Assembly (NCBI GenBank): GCA_963977445.1
Contig: CAXBPH010000022.1
Span: forward strand, 1-41,983
Direction of reading: 5' to 3'
Length of the DNA: 41,983 bases
From: an uncultured bacterium
GTDB taxonomy: Bacteria > Hydrogenedentota > Hydrogenedentia > Hydrogenedentales > JAEUWI01
The translations under genes and the position numbers were made by a program. The notes under the pieces were generated by a model, which was not told where the DNA came from, did no database searches, and worked only from the letters and a program-made list of their open reading frames with translations. Positions 9,574 to 18,310 of this stretch are shown one piece after another (within the stretch, counting starts at the first letter, position 1; the number at the start of each line of letters is the position of its first letter).

Positions 9574-11043
9574 TCAGGGCTGACGCAGTACAAAGTTTTC
9601 CGCGTCGTTGGCATCCCCATCGCCATCGTAGACCACGCGCAAGGGCCAGGGCACGAGGGGACGGGTTATTTCGGGCTTGCCATCCTCAGCGGGACGGCTG
9701 GCGATAATTTGATTGGGCGCTTCGTCTTTCTCGACCCAGTTCCGAATTTCGGCGAGCCAATCCACCCGCGAAATGCCCGGGCCGTTCCCACAGTGATAAC
9801 AGCCGGGAACCATGAAGAGGCGGGTGTAGTCCATGGCGTCTTTGTCCCGATCGAGGACGGATTTGTAGTAGTCGACGGTGGCCTCGGCGGGAAGAGCCGC
9901 ATCGGACCAGCCGTGCCAGAGGAGGAGCTTTCCACCCCGGTTCTTAAAGGTATCCAGGTTGGGGTCGGTGGCATTCAATACCGTGCCCGCGAGGTGGGTA
10001 TCCTCTTTCCACGTATCGAGATTGTAGGTCGAGTAGTCCCAGTCGGGGTCCTGGAAAACGAAATACTTATAAATGTTTGTGCTGAAGGCAAAGCCCAGGT
10101 TGACCAGCTCCGGAATGGGGCCGACCTGCCACTCAAAGAGTCCGCCTTGACCCTTTTCGGCGCCAATGGGGAAGCCGGGGTAAATGGGGCCATCGGCATT
10201 GCGCGGTCCCTCGTAGAGCGCCCGCAGCCCGGCCCGCTGGGCATCATTCAATCCAGACACCTTCGCCAGGTCAAAGTCAACGGCTGTCGGGTCGTTGATG
10301 ATGCCATCCTCGAGTCCGTCCTGCCCATCGACCATCGTCATGATTTCGGCATAGACCCGGTTCAGGTCTTCCTGGGTGAGAACGGTCGATGTCAGGTTTT
10401 CCGGGTCGGGATAGAGGGCCTGGGCGAGGTGGATGCCCAGCGCGGCGAAACCGGTCCAATAGTAGGCAGGCGCACCAGCGACAATGCCGTCAAAATCTTC
10501 CGGATAGCGCTGGGCCTCCATCATGGCCTGGCCACCACCCCGGGAGCATCCCACGAAATAGGATTTTACCGGACTCTTGCCGTAGTACGCGCGAATGATG
10601 GCCTTTGAAACTTCGGCGGTCCGGTGAATTGCGACGTGACCAAAATTGACGAAGGCCTCCAGGTCGTCCAGGGCCCAGCTACCGTCTGTGCTTCGTCCCG
10701 TATGTCCCGTGTCGGTACCCGACGTGGCGTAGCCGTCGTTCACCGAGTTTCGCATGCCGTTCTGTACGGAGCCAACGAGGCCACCACCACCGCCCATGGC
10801 AAAGCGTTCGTTCCATGCGTCGGGCAGGAGGAGTTCAAATTTGATAGAACCGCCAATAACACCCGTAACCTTCACGTGGGCCACAGTTTTTTCGTCTTTG
10901 TCGTGATGTTCCGCGGATTCGATGATCACATCGGGCAACATCAGTGCCACAACATCGCTTGCGGTCTGTTTCGGGGGAACATCCGCTGTCGCGTGTCCGA
11001 CAGCAATGAGTGCGACGATGACAAAAGCAGTCCAGCGTATCAT
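9574..11043 (-). CDS. Secreted tannase/feruloyl esterase family hydrolase
   Basis: GGGG, TDTGH, GCSRGG nucleophile, AQRYPEDFDGIVAGAPA, GGKLLLWHGWSD, PGCYHC (CS-D-HC signature); signal peptide from MIRWTAF; AGGAG RBS. Confidence 0.92.
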   Translation of the reverse strand: MIRWTAFVIVALIAVGHATADVPPKQTASDVVALMLPDVIIESAEHHDKDEKTVAHVKVTGVIGGSIKFELLLPDAWNERFAMGGGGGLVGSVQNGMRNSVNDGYATSGTDTGHTGRSTDGSWALDDLEAFVNFGHVAIHRTAEVSKAIIRAYYGKSPVKSYFVGCSRGGGQAMMEAQRYPEDFDGIVAGAPAYYWTGFAALGIHLAQALYPDPENLTSTVLTQEDLNRVYAEIMTMVDGQDGLEDGIINDPTAVDFDLAKVSGLNDAQRAGLRALYEGPRNADGPIYPGFPIGAEKGQGGLFEWQVGPIPELVNLGFAFSTNIYKYFVFQDPDWDYSTYNLDTWKEDTHLAGTVLNATDPNLDTFKNRGGKLLLWHGWSDAALPAEATVDYYKSVLDRDKDAMDYTRLFMVPGCYHCGNGPGISRVDWLAEIRNWVEKDEAPNQIIASRPAEDGKPEITRPLVPWPLRVVYDGDGDANDAENFVLRQP

Positions 11044-11235
11044 GGGCAAAACTCCTGGTTGGGGATATTGGATGATACGTTGGATTCTAAACCTGCGCCG
11101 CTCAGATAACAAGAAGGGACGGGACAAGGAGCGTACGATTTGTGCAGGGCCTCTCCTCTCCTCCTCAAGGGCAGTCGCATTAAGGGACCCGCGATAAACC
11201 GCATCCACTCGCTGCTGCCAAGAGTGGACGTCTGG

Positions 11236-11296
11236 GTGCCACCCGAACCCGCTTTTGGTACGACTACGCCGTACGAAGAGCGTGATCGGGTGGCAC
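11236..11296. repeat. GTGCCAC-type palindromic element
   Basis: GTGCCACCCGA...TCGGGTGGCAC arms with further internal pairing. The GTGCCAC end is shared with 647/816, 1096 and about 32775. Confidence 0.7.
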
Positions 11297-11480
11297 TATC
11301 GGGTTGGCCGCGTGGATTCAGGAGTCCATCAAACCGAAATTGTGTGCGCACCGACTTTTAATGGGATTGCCCTCCTCCTCCTCCCGGTGCTTGCGCCCTC
11401 GGGTGGGAAGTCCTATGATAAGACTGAGACACGAAACAGATGGTATTACAAAGGCTATGCGTTGGCCTGAAGGAAACTCC

Positions 11481-12332
11481 ATGGACGTTCCATTTATTTT
11501 CAAAGACGATATCTTAAAAGGCAAGGTTGCGCTGGTGACGGGCGGCGCTTCTGGCATTGGCTACGGCATCAGCCACCGACTCGCCCGAGCCGGTGCCGAT
11601 GTGGTCATCGCCAGCCGACGTCTGGAGACCTGCGAGGGCGTCGCCAGCGAGCTGGCCGAAAAATACGGCGTGCGCACGTTGGGTCTTGCCCTGGACGTAC
11701 GTGATTCCGAACGGGTGAATGCCACGTTCGCCGAGGCCGCTACAGCCATGGGGCGCCTCGATATCGTGGTCAACAATGCGGCAGGCAACTTCTACTTCCC
11801 CGCAGAGAAGCTCAGCGACAATCAATGGAAAGCCGTGATGGAAATCGATCTCTATGGGACCTTTTTCTGCTGTCGCGCCGCCCAGCCCTACCTCAAAGAA
11901 GCGGGTGGCACTATCGTGAGCACCAGCATGACCCTTCATCACACGGGCTGGGTAGGGATGGCACCCGCCTGTTCCGCAAAGGCGGGTATCGATGCGTTGA
12001 CCAAAACGCTGGCGTTGGAGTGGGCGCGTTTTGGCATTCGGGTCAACGCCATTGCCCCGGGCCCAATCATTACTGAAGGCGTTCAAAAAGCATTCGCCCT
12101 GGGGGGAAGTTTCGAAGATTTTAAGCATACCATCCCCCTGGGTCGTTCCGGCGAACCCGAGGAAATTGGTAACATGGTCGTCTTTATGGCTTCCGACGCA
12201 GGTGCCTGGATGACCGGCTCCATCGTTACCCTCGATGGGGGCGAGGGGCTGAGTCCCCAACGTGCCGGTATTGATCCCGAAGCCCTGGGACAAATGGCCG
12301 AGTTCATGGCGGCGAAGCGTAAGGCGGAATAA
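11481..12332 (+). CDS. SDR oxidoreductase, 2,4-dienoyl-CoA reductase-like
   Basis: TGGASGIG, ASRR (NADP-type), NNAAGNF, SAKAG lacking the catalytic Tyr, IRVNAIAPGPI, DGG. Confidence 0.88.
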   Translation: MDVPFIFKDDILKGKVALVTGGASGIGYGISHRLARAGADVVIASRRLETCEGVASELAEKYGVRTLGLALDVRDSERVNATFAEAATAMGRLDIVVNNAAGNFYFPAEKLSDNQWKAVMEIDLYGTFFCCRAAQPYLKEAGGTIVSTSMTLHHTGWVGMAPACSAKAGIDALTKTLALEWARFGIRVNAIAPGPIITEGVQKAFALGGSFEDFKHTIPLGRSGEPEEIGNMVVFMASDAGAWMTGSIVTLDGGEGLSPQRAGIDPEALGQMAEFMAAKRKAE

Positions 12333-12344
12333 GGCTCCTGATTG

Positions 12345-12380
12345 CGGGTGCGTATCGCTTGGTTATCCGATGCGCACCCG
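12345..12380. repeat. Hairpin downstream of the SDR gene (REP-like or terminator)
   Basis: CGGGTGCGTATCG / CGATGCGCACCCG form a 13-bp stem with one non-Watson-Crick (T-G) pair; no U-tract. Confidence 0.55.
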
Positions 12381-12687
12381 TCCACTACTGTCAACGAATT
12401 CCATCCCATTTACGTTCATTGGGCAGGGCTGCGTTGTTCCACGGACCGTTAAAATTGGTCTGTCCGGGCGGTATGGCGAATAATACGGTGCTGTTACGCG
12501 ATACCCTGTGTAAGTTGCCAAATAATTTGCTGCGAATTGGGGAAACACCTATCATGATGGCGGGCGCTCCATGGGTGCCCATGTACCCGCAAGAGATAAA
12601 GGACCCTTCATGGTTGTAGTCGACAGGGCAGATGTTGCCGATCGTAGAGATACCGTACCCGCACTATCATTCAACGTTTCGGGGGCG

Positions 12688-15579
12688 ATGACCCGCCTTG
12701 TCGCGTTTTTCATCGTGGTTGCTGGTTTAAGTGGAACCCCGGTTGCCGCCCAGGCGCCCATAGACCCTTCATCCCTCTGGGCCGATGCGACGCTGTACCG
12801 GGACAGTTATGGCACGCCCCATGTGCATGCGAGCACCGTGCGGGCCATGGCTTTTGCCTTTGGATATGCCCAGGCCGACGATCATCTCGATTCCATGTTG
12901 ATGGCCTATCGCGTGGCGCTGGGTCGTGCCGCAGCCGTGGGTGGTGAGTCCTTCGCCCAAGGCGACGCCTTTTCCATAAAAATCGCCAACGAGGCCGTTA
13001 GCCGTACGGCCATGGTCAATGCCGATGATCTGACCCGGGACCTGTGCGAAGGTTTCGCCCTGGGTATCAATATGTGGATATTTGACCACCAAGAGAAAGT
13101 TGCTCCCTGGGTAGAGGGGGTCCAGCCGATGGATGTGCTTGCGTACTGGCACTACCTCATGGTTACCTCGGCCCCCTTTGATTTGCCGGGAATCTATCAT
13201 CCCGAGCGACCCTTCCAGCGGGCCAATGCCTGGGCACTCGCCCCATCCAACACGGTGAATGGAAAGACCCTGCTGGTCATGAATCCCCACCAATATTACC
13301 GTGCGCCCTATCAATGGTACGAAGCCCACCTGATGGTCGGTGATATAAACTGGTCCGGGGCAACCCTGCTGGGGGTTCCGGTGCTCATGATGGGACACAA
13401 TGCGACCCTGGGTTGGGCCCTGACTCCCAACGAAGCGGACACGGCCGATTTTGTTCGTGAGCGACTGGATCGGGCAGACCAGGATCCCAATGACCTCACA
13501 CCGCCGTCGATAATGTCAGAGATCGCTCCCATTCTCAGCTTCATGTCGACGGCAAAACCCTACTATGTCCGCACGAACACAGGACTCGAGGAACGTGTGG
13601 TACCTTCCTATGTAGGCAACCGAGGGCCCATCCTGGAGGGTTCGGATGGTAATTTGTTCTCCTGGCGCAACGGGGCCTATGGTCAGTTTGGTGGTCTCGC
13701 GCAACTGTTTCGCATGGCCCAGTCGCCGACGCAGGCGGCCTTTCAAAATGCCATGCTCATGCAACAGCTGCCTTGTTTTCAGGTGCTCTACGCCGACAGT
13801 GTGGGCAATATTTTTTACCTGTATAACGCACGATTGGGCAATCGGGCGGCGGCCCAACCGCAGGAAGCTAATTTCCACATCGACTGGACCATGCCGGTGG
13901 ATGCAGGCCGGGATCGTTTTGCCTGGGGCGGGCTCGTGCCACCGTCCCAATTGCCCTATATTGCCAATCCCGCCTCGGGTTACCTGCAGGCCTGTGGCAC
14001 GCCACCCTGGTTGGCCACGTCCCAAAGCGGTCTTGATGCGGCGGCCTGGCCCGAATGGCTTGTGCCCGAAAACAGCAATTATCGGGGCTTCCGTGTCCGT
14101 CAGATTCTCTCGGCCGGCCAATACAGTCCCGACGACATGATTGCCATGCTCTACGATACCCTCGTGCCGGCGGCGGCCGATATGGTACCCCTGCTGCTGT
14201 CCATGGCCGAGGCACGGCCCGACCTGATTCGGGCGTCCCACCCCGATCTGATTACCGGCCTGAGCATATTGAAAAATTGGAACTTCACCTCCGACCGCAA
14301 CAGCGAAGCCCTCGTTTTTTATGATCGCTGGTGGACCATTATGAAAGCCCGGCACGGAGCCGACTTCGCGTCGGAGGTAGATCTTTATCGGGCGCTCCTT
14401 TCGAATTCCCGGGATGCCCAGGCCTTTGCCCTTGCCGCAGCAAACGATGCCGCCCGCAACATGCGCAATGATATCAACCGCCTCGCCGTTCCCTGGGGCG
14501 ATGTACACCGTCTCCAGCGTGGGAGTCGGAATGAACCTTTTTTTGGCACCGATGTGGGCGATCCCATTTTTTCCGCATCGAGTCGTGCGGCGGCGCTGGG
14601 CCGATCAGCAACTACCTTCGGCTATGGCTATGCCATGGTCGTGGAATTTGGTACCACACCCCGCGCCATGAGCATTGTTCCCTTTGGCGCTTCGGAAAAT
14701 CCTGCGTCCCCCCATTTCAGCGACCAAATGCCCCTTTTCCTCGACCGCCGCATGAAGGCTATCCCCTTCAGCTATGACGACGTGACCCAACAGGCCGCCG
14801 GTGGGTATGGGCGCTATGTGACGCTCGGCACCCCCGACCTCGACGGGTATTGCATGTTCAGCCCGGCGGCGCCGGTTGCCATATCGTTGGAAACCGTGGC
14901 CTTCCCCCCGCGGCCCTATCCCAGTGGCCACGTGCCCTTTACCACAACCATTCGGCCTGTCTTGGAGAAGGAACTCACCAGTTTGCCCTGGGAACTGGAG
15001 TGGCAGGTTCCGGAAACGGTGTGTAAGCCGGCAAATCTGCCCCAACTGAAATTCTATACCTACACCCAGGACGGGGGCTGGAAGGTGGTGCTTCGTCAGC
15101 GATTGGACACGGATCGCGATGTTTTTACGGCCTCCGGGTCGGCACCGGTCATGATGGCCCTCATGGGGCCGCCCTCGGTACTGGAAAAACCGGATGCAGC
15201 TCCGACGGGCCCGGTAGCATCGACCCAGACCGATGGGGGCCTCCCGACAGCGGAAGAGCCCTCAGGGGCTTTCGTCGCGCCCGAAGTGGTTGTGGAGGAA
15301 GCCTCTCCCAGTGCGCCGGAGATGGCCGTCGATGCTGCAACAGCAGTTGACGGTGTCGAAGGCGAGGCGACGGTAACGCCTCCCGAGGAAAACGCCCCCG
15401 AGGCCTCGCCGGAGACGCCCCAGGCGCGGCCCATGTTTGAGGTGGAATACCTGAATCGACGGGGCGAGCCCATGATTCCGTCTGCTGAGGGTGACCGTGT
15501 GAACCCTGATGACGAAGCCGTGCCGGAACAATCGGGCAAGGTGCGGGGTTTTTTCCGAAAGCTGCGGGGACAAAAATGA
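12688..15579 (+). CDS. Penicillin acylase (Ntn-hydrolase) family protein with C-terminal extension, probably catalytically altered
   Basis: Signal peptide; RDSYGTPHV, FGYAQADD, NAWALAP, NPH, WYEAHL, GWALT.N..D, PWGDVHRL, SPHFSDQ. An extra domain and a Pro/Ala/Glu-rich tail follow. Start inferred at MTRLVAFF. Confidence 0.88.
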   Translation: MTRLVAFFIVVAGLSGTPVAAQAPIDPSSLWADATLYRDSYGTPHVHASTVRAMAFAFGYAQADDHLDSMLMAYRVALGRAAAVGGESFAQGDAFSIKIANEAVSRTAMVNADDLTRDLCEGFALGINMWIFDHQEKVAPWVEGVQPMDVLAYWHYLMVTSAPFDLPGIYHPERPFQRANAWALAPSNTVNGKTLLVMNPHQYYRAPYQWYEAHLMVGDINWSGATLLGVPVLMMGHNATLGWALTPNEADTADFVRERLDRADQDPNDLTPPSIMSEIAPILSFMSTAKPYYVRTNTGLEERVVPSYVGNRGPILEGSDGNLFSWRNGAYGQFGGLAQLFRMAQSPTQAAFQNAMLMQQLPCFQVLYADSVGNIFYLYNARLGNRAAAQPQEANFHIDWTMPVDAGRDRFAWGGLVPPSQLPYIANPASGYLQACGTPPWLATSQSGLDAAAWPEWLVPENSNYRGFRVRQILSAGQYSPDDMIAMLYDTLVPAAADMVPLLLSMAEARPDLIRASHPDLITGLSILKNWNFTSDRNSEALVFYDRWWTIMKARHGADFASEVDLYRALLSNSRDAQAFALAAANDAARNMRNDINRLAVPWGDVHRLQRGSRNEPFFGTDVGDPIFSASSRAAALGRSATTFGYGYAMVVEFGTTPRAMSIVPFGASENPASPHFSDQMPLFLDRRMKAIPFSYDDVTQQAAGGYGRYVTLGTPDLDGYCMFSPAAPVAISLETVAFPPRPYPSGHVPFTTTIRPVLEKELTSLPWELEWQVPETVCKPANLPQLKFYTYTQDGGWKVVLRQRLDTDRDVFTASGSAPVMMALMGPPSVLEKPDAAPTGPVASTQTDGGLPTAEEPSGAFVAPEVVVEEASPSAPEMAVDAATAVDGVEGEATVTPPEENAPEASPETPQARPMFEVEYLNRRGEPMIPSAEGDRVNPDDEAVPEQSGKVRGFFRKLRGQK

Positions 15580-15709
15580 GTGGCGCCCAAGAGTAACAGG
15601 ATAGATCATGTGTCGTCGAGACCCATAGCGCGTGAGATGCGCCAAGGCTTTCTCCACAGAGAGCCCCTTTATAGAAGCGGTCGATTTATTTCACGTAGAC
15701 CCCGACCAT

Positions 15710-15740
15710 AAAAAAGCCCGAAGGCCGTCATGCTCGGGCT
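15710..15740 (-). terminator. Terminator-like hairpin oriented on the minus strand
   Basis: Minus strand reads AGCCCGA-12 nt loop-TCGGGC followed by T6; no credible minus-strand CDS lies upstream. Confidence 0.55.
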
Positions 15741-16178
15741 GACTGTTCCATGGCGCTGATGGCCGGAAATCTCCCGTTGTGCGCCTTGCCTCAGGCAGGA
15801 ATGCCCAAGCCCCTATAGGGGAATAGCGATTTCAGTGTTCATCATCCTCGTGTCACAAATCCGTTGCGGTGGAAAAGCGGAGATCCACCAACGCGAACAG
15901 AGAAACCGACGATACCCAATGGATTCTCCCCCAGCGCGGGAATGACCTACGGCCCATGCTGCCAAGATAAAGCAATACCTGATTGTGCGATCAGCCTTAT
16001 TCGACACCCCTTCTTCCTGAATTATCAATTCTATTCCCGGATAAATGGCAAAATTGGGGCCATTTCGCTTATGCTATAGAGAATACATCGAGGCGACGTA
16101 CCACCATGCCCTCCATGGGCGAATGATTCGACGCAGCCGCCTCACGTCGCGCCATTCACGGTCTTGAAGAGGAACACT

Positions 16179-17036
16179 ATGCTTACCGCCCTGGTTTACA
16201 CCACCTTTATCCTGGGTAACGTCCTGCTGGTTGCTGGCGCGGCGGTAGCCCTGTCTTATCTGTGGATGAACAGCAACAGCTCCTGGTTGAATGTGGCCTA
16301 TCGTTTTGCCGGTGCGGCCCTGATTACCCTTTTGCTCGCCTTTGTGCTGCGTACCTTTCAATGGAAACTGGTGCCCTTTACCACGGCCGCTGATTCTTTG
16401 TGTCTCTTTACGACCCTGGGTCTGGCCGTGCTCATGGTGCAGTTGGCCCTGTTTTCCAATCACCGCGCCCTGTTGTGTTTCTACCTGCCTTCCCTGGCGC
16501 TCATTGGTGTGCTCAGTGTGCTTGCGGCCCATCCGACCCTGTCGGAGCCGCCCCGGCCATTGAGTGGCTCCCTACTCATCGCCCATGTCGGCTTGGTTTT
16601 CCTGGCCTTTGCGCTTTTTTTTCTTGCCGGGTTAAACAGCGTGGCCTATGCATTTCAGGCCCATCGCCTCAAGTTGCGGAAGACCACCGGGCTCTTTCAG
16701 CGCTTGCCCTCACTCGACGCCCTGGACAAAAACCTGTTTCAATTGATTCGGGCCGGTTATCCTACTTACGTCGTTACACTGGTGGTGGGTGGATTCTGGG
16801 TATGGTATGAAGGCCACCAGCTTAGTCCCACGTGGTATCTTTCGCCCAAGATAATTATGGCGATTGCCATGCTCATCTTTTATGCCTTTACGTTTCACGC
16901 TCGGGCCGCAGGGAGCCTCCGGGGGCCCAAGTTGGCTTATATCGTCTGTTATGGCACGGGAGCCCTGATTGGGTTCTATTTAGTCCTCGCCCTCGCCGGA
17001 ACGCTCAACTATAATTTCTACGGAGCGACCGGATGA
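16179..17036 (+). CDS. CcsA/HemX-like cytochrome c assembly family membrane protein
   Basis: About 8 TM segments, conserved IAHV His, RLPSLDALD, degenerate WWD region (GGFWVW...W..SPK); stop overlaps the hemA start (ATGA). Confidence 0.85.
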   Translation: MLTALVYTTFILGNVLLVAGAAVALSYLWMNSNSSWLNVAYRFAGAALITLLLAFVLRTFQWKLVPFTTAADSLCLFTTLGLAVLMVQLALFSNHRALLCFYLPSLALIGVLSVLAAHPTLSEPPRPLSGSLLIAHVGLVFLAFALFFLAGLNSVAYAFQAHRLKLRKTTGLFQRLPSLDALDKNLFQLIRAGYPTYVVTLVVGGFWVWYEGHQLSPTWYLSPKIIMAIAMLIFYAFTFHARAAGSLRGPKLAYIVCYGTGALIGFYLVLALAGTLNYNFYGATG

Positions 17037-18310
17037 CTATCTCCCTTAGCGGGTTCAGCCACCACACGTGCCCCGTGGAATTGCGGGAGCGTCTTTCTTT
17101 TCCCGAAGAGCGCCTGCCCGCCGCCCTGCTCAAACTGAAGCAGGAATTGCATGAGGGTGGTGCCGTCATTCTAAGTACCTGCAACCGGGTAGAAGTCTAT
17201 ACCCGCGATGACACCACGCCGGAGCTGTTGCACGGTCTGGTCCGGGAATTTTTGACCAGTTGGCATGGTCTGGAACCGGAGGCCTTCGTCGGCCATATAT
17301 ACGAGCACTACAATCGGGACGCCGTAGCCCACCTCTTTCGGGTAGCCTCCAGTCTCGACAGTATGGTGGTGGGCGAAGACCAGATTCTCGGTCAGGTCCA
17401 TGATGCCTATCTTCTGGCCCATGCCGAAGGGGCCACCGATAAAATTCTAAATTCCCTTTTTCAGCGCGCCTTCAAGGTGGCCAAGGAAGTGCGCACCAAG
17501 ACCAACATAAACGTGGGCAAAGTTTCTGTTTCCTCCGTGGCCGTCGATTTGGCGGCGTCTATATTTGGCGATCTCGCAGACAAGACGGTGCTCGTCATCG
17601 GCTCGGGCGAAATGGGTGAGCTCACGCTGAAGAGCCTGGTAGATCGGGGCGTGGGGCAAGTCCTGGTGGCCAACCGAACCCTGGCCAACGCCGAAAATAT
17701 TGCGGCGCGCTACGCCGGAGAGCCCCTTGCCCTGGCGGACCTGAAAAACTTTCTCCATCGGGCAGACATCATCATCACGTCGACCGCCGCGAAGGAGCCC
17801 ATCCTGTTGGCGTCGGATTTTCAACAGGCCCTGCGTAAGCGGGAAAATGCCCCCATGTTTGTCATCGATATCGCCGTGCCCCGGGATGTGGACCCCAAGG
17901 TGATCGACCTGGACAATGTCTATTGCTACGATATGGACGATTTGGAGTCGGTGGCCGCACAAAACGTAGAGGCCCGTCGCGCTGAAATGGCGAAGTGCCT
18001 GGAGTTGGTGGAGTCGCAGGTGGATCGATTTCTTGGCTGGCGTCAAAGTCTATACGCCGAGCCAACCATCGTATCCATGACCCAGGAGTGGAATGCCATC
18101 CGGGAGCGAGAGCTGGTGAAAACCCTCCAGTCCATACCGGATTTAACGGAGAAGCAGCGGGCGGAGGTGGAATACCTCACGAAACGTATTGTAAACAACA
18201 TCCTGCAACGGCCCATGAGCCAGATAAAGCGGGAAGTTGTGCGAGATGATGCCGGCCGGGTATTACACTTGGTAAAACGGCTCTTTGGCCTGGAGGAAAG
18301 TGCCGGATGA
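17033..18310 (+). CDS. hemA: Glutamyl-tRNA reductase
   Basis: LSTCNRVEVY catalytic Cys, LDSMVVGEDQILGQV, GSGEMG, DIAVPRD. Confidence 0.97.
   Translation: MTISLSGFSHHTCPVELRERLSFPEERLPAALLKLKQELHEGGAVILSTCNRVEVYTRDDTTPELLHGLVREFLTSWHGLEPEAFVGHIYEHYNRDAVAHLFRVASSLDSMVVGEDQILGQVHDAYLLAHAEGATDKILNSLFQRAFKVAKEVRTKTNINVGKVSVSSVAVDLAASIFGDLADKTVLVIGSGEMGELTLKSLVDRGVGQVLVANRTLANAENIAARYAGEPLALADLKNFLHRADIIITSTAAKEPILLASDFQQALRKRENAPMFVIDIAVPRDVDPKVIDLDNVYCYDMDDLESVAAQNVEARRAEMAKCLELVESQVDRFLGWRQSLYAEPTIVSMTQEWNAIRERELVKTLQSIPDLTEKQRAEVEYLTKRIVNNILQRPMSQIKREVVRDDAGRVLHLVKRLFGLEESAG

Noticed and set aside
11950..11990. SDR lacking YxxxK
   Set aside because: Normal for the 2,4-dienoyl-CoA reductase-like subgroup.
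15723..15810. Plus-strand resemblance to an HDV-like ribozyme (GGCCGTC-ATG start with a 7-bp P1)
   Set aside because: No P3/L3 of the right size adjoins the P1 3' strand and there is no clear J4/2 catalytic C. Kept only as a generic structured-RNA candidate.
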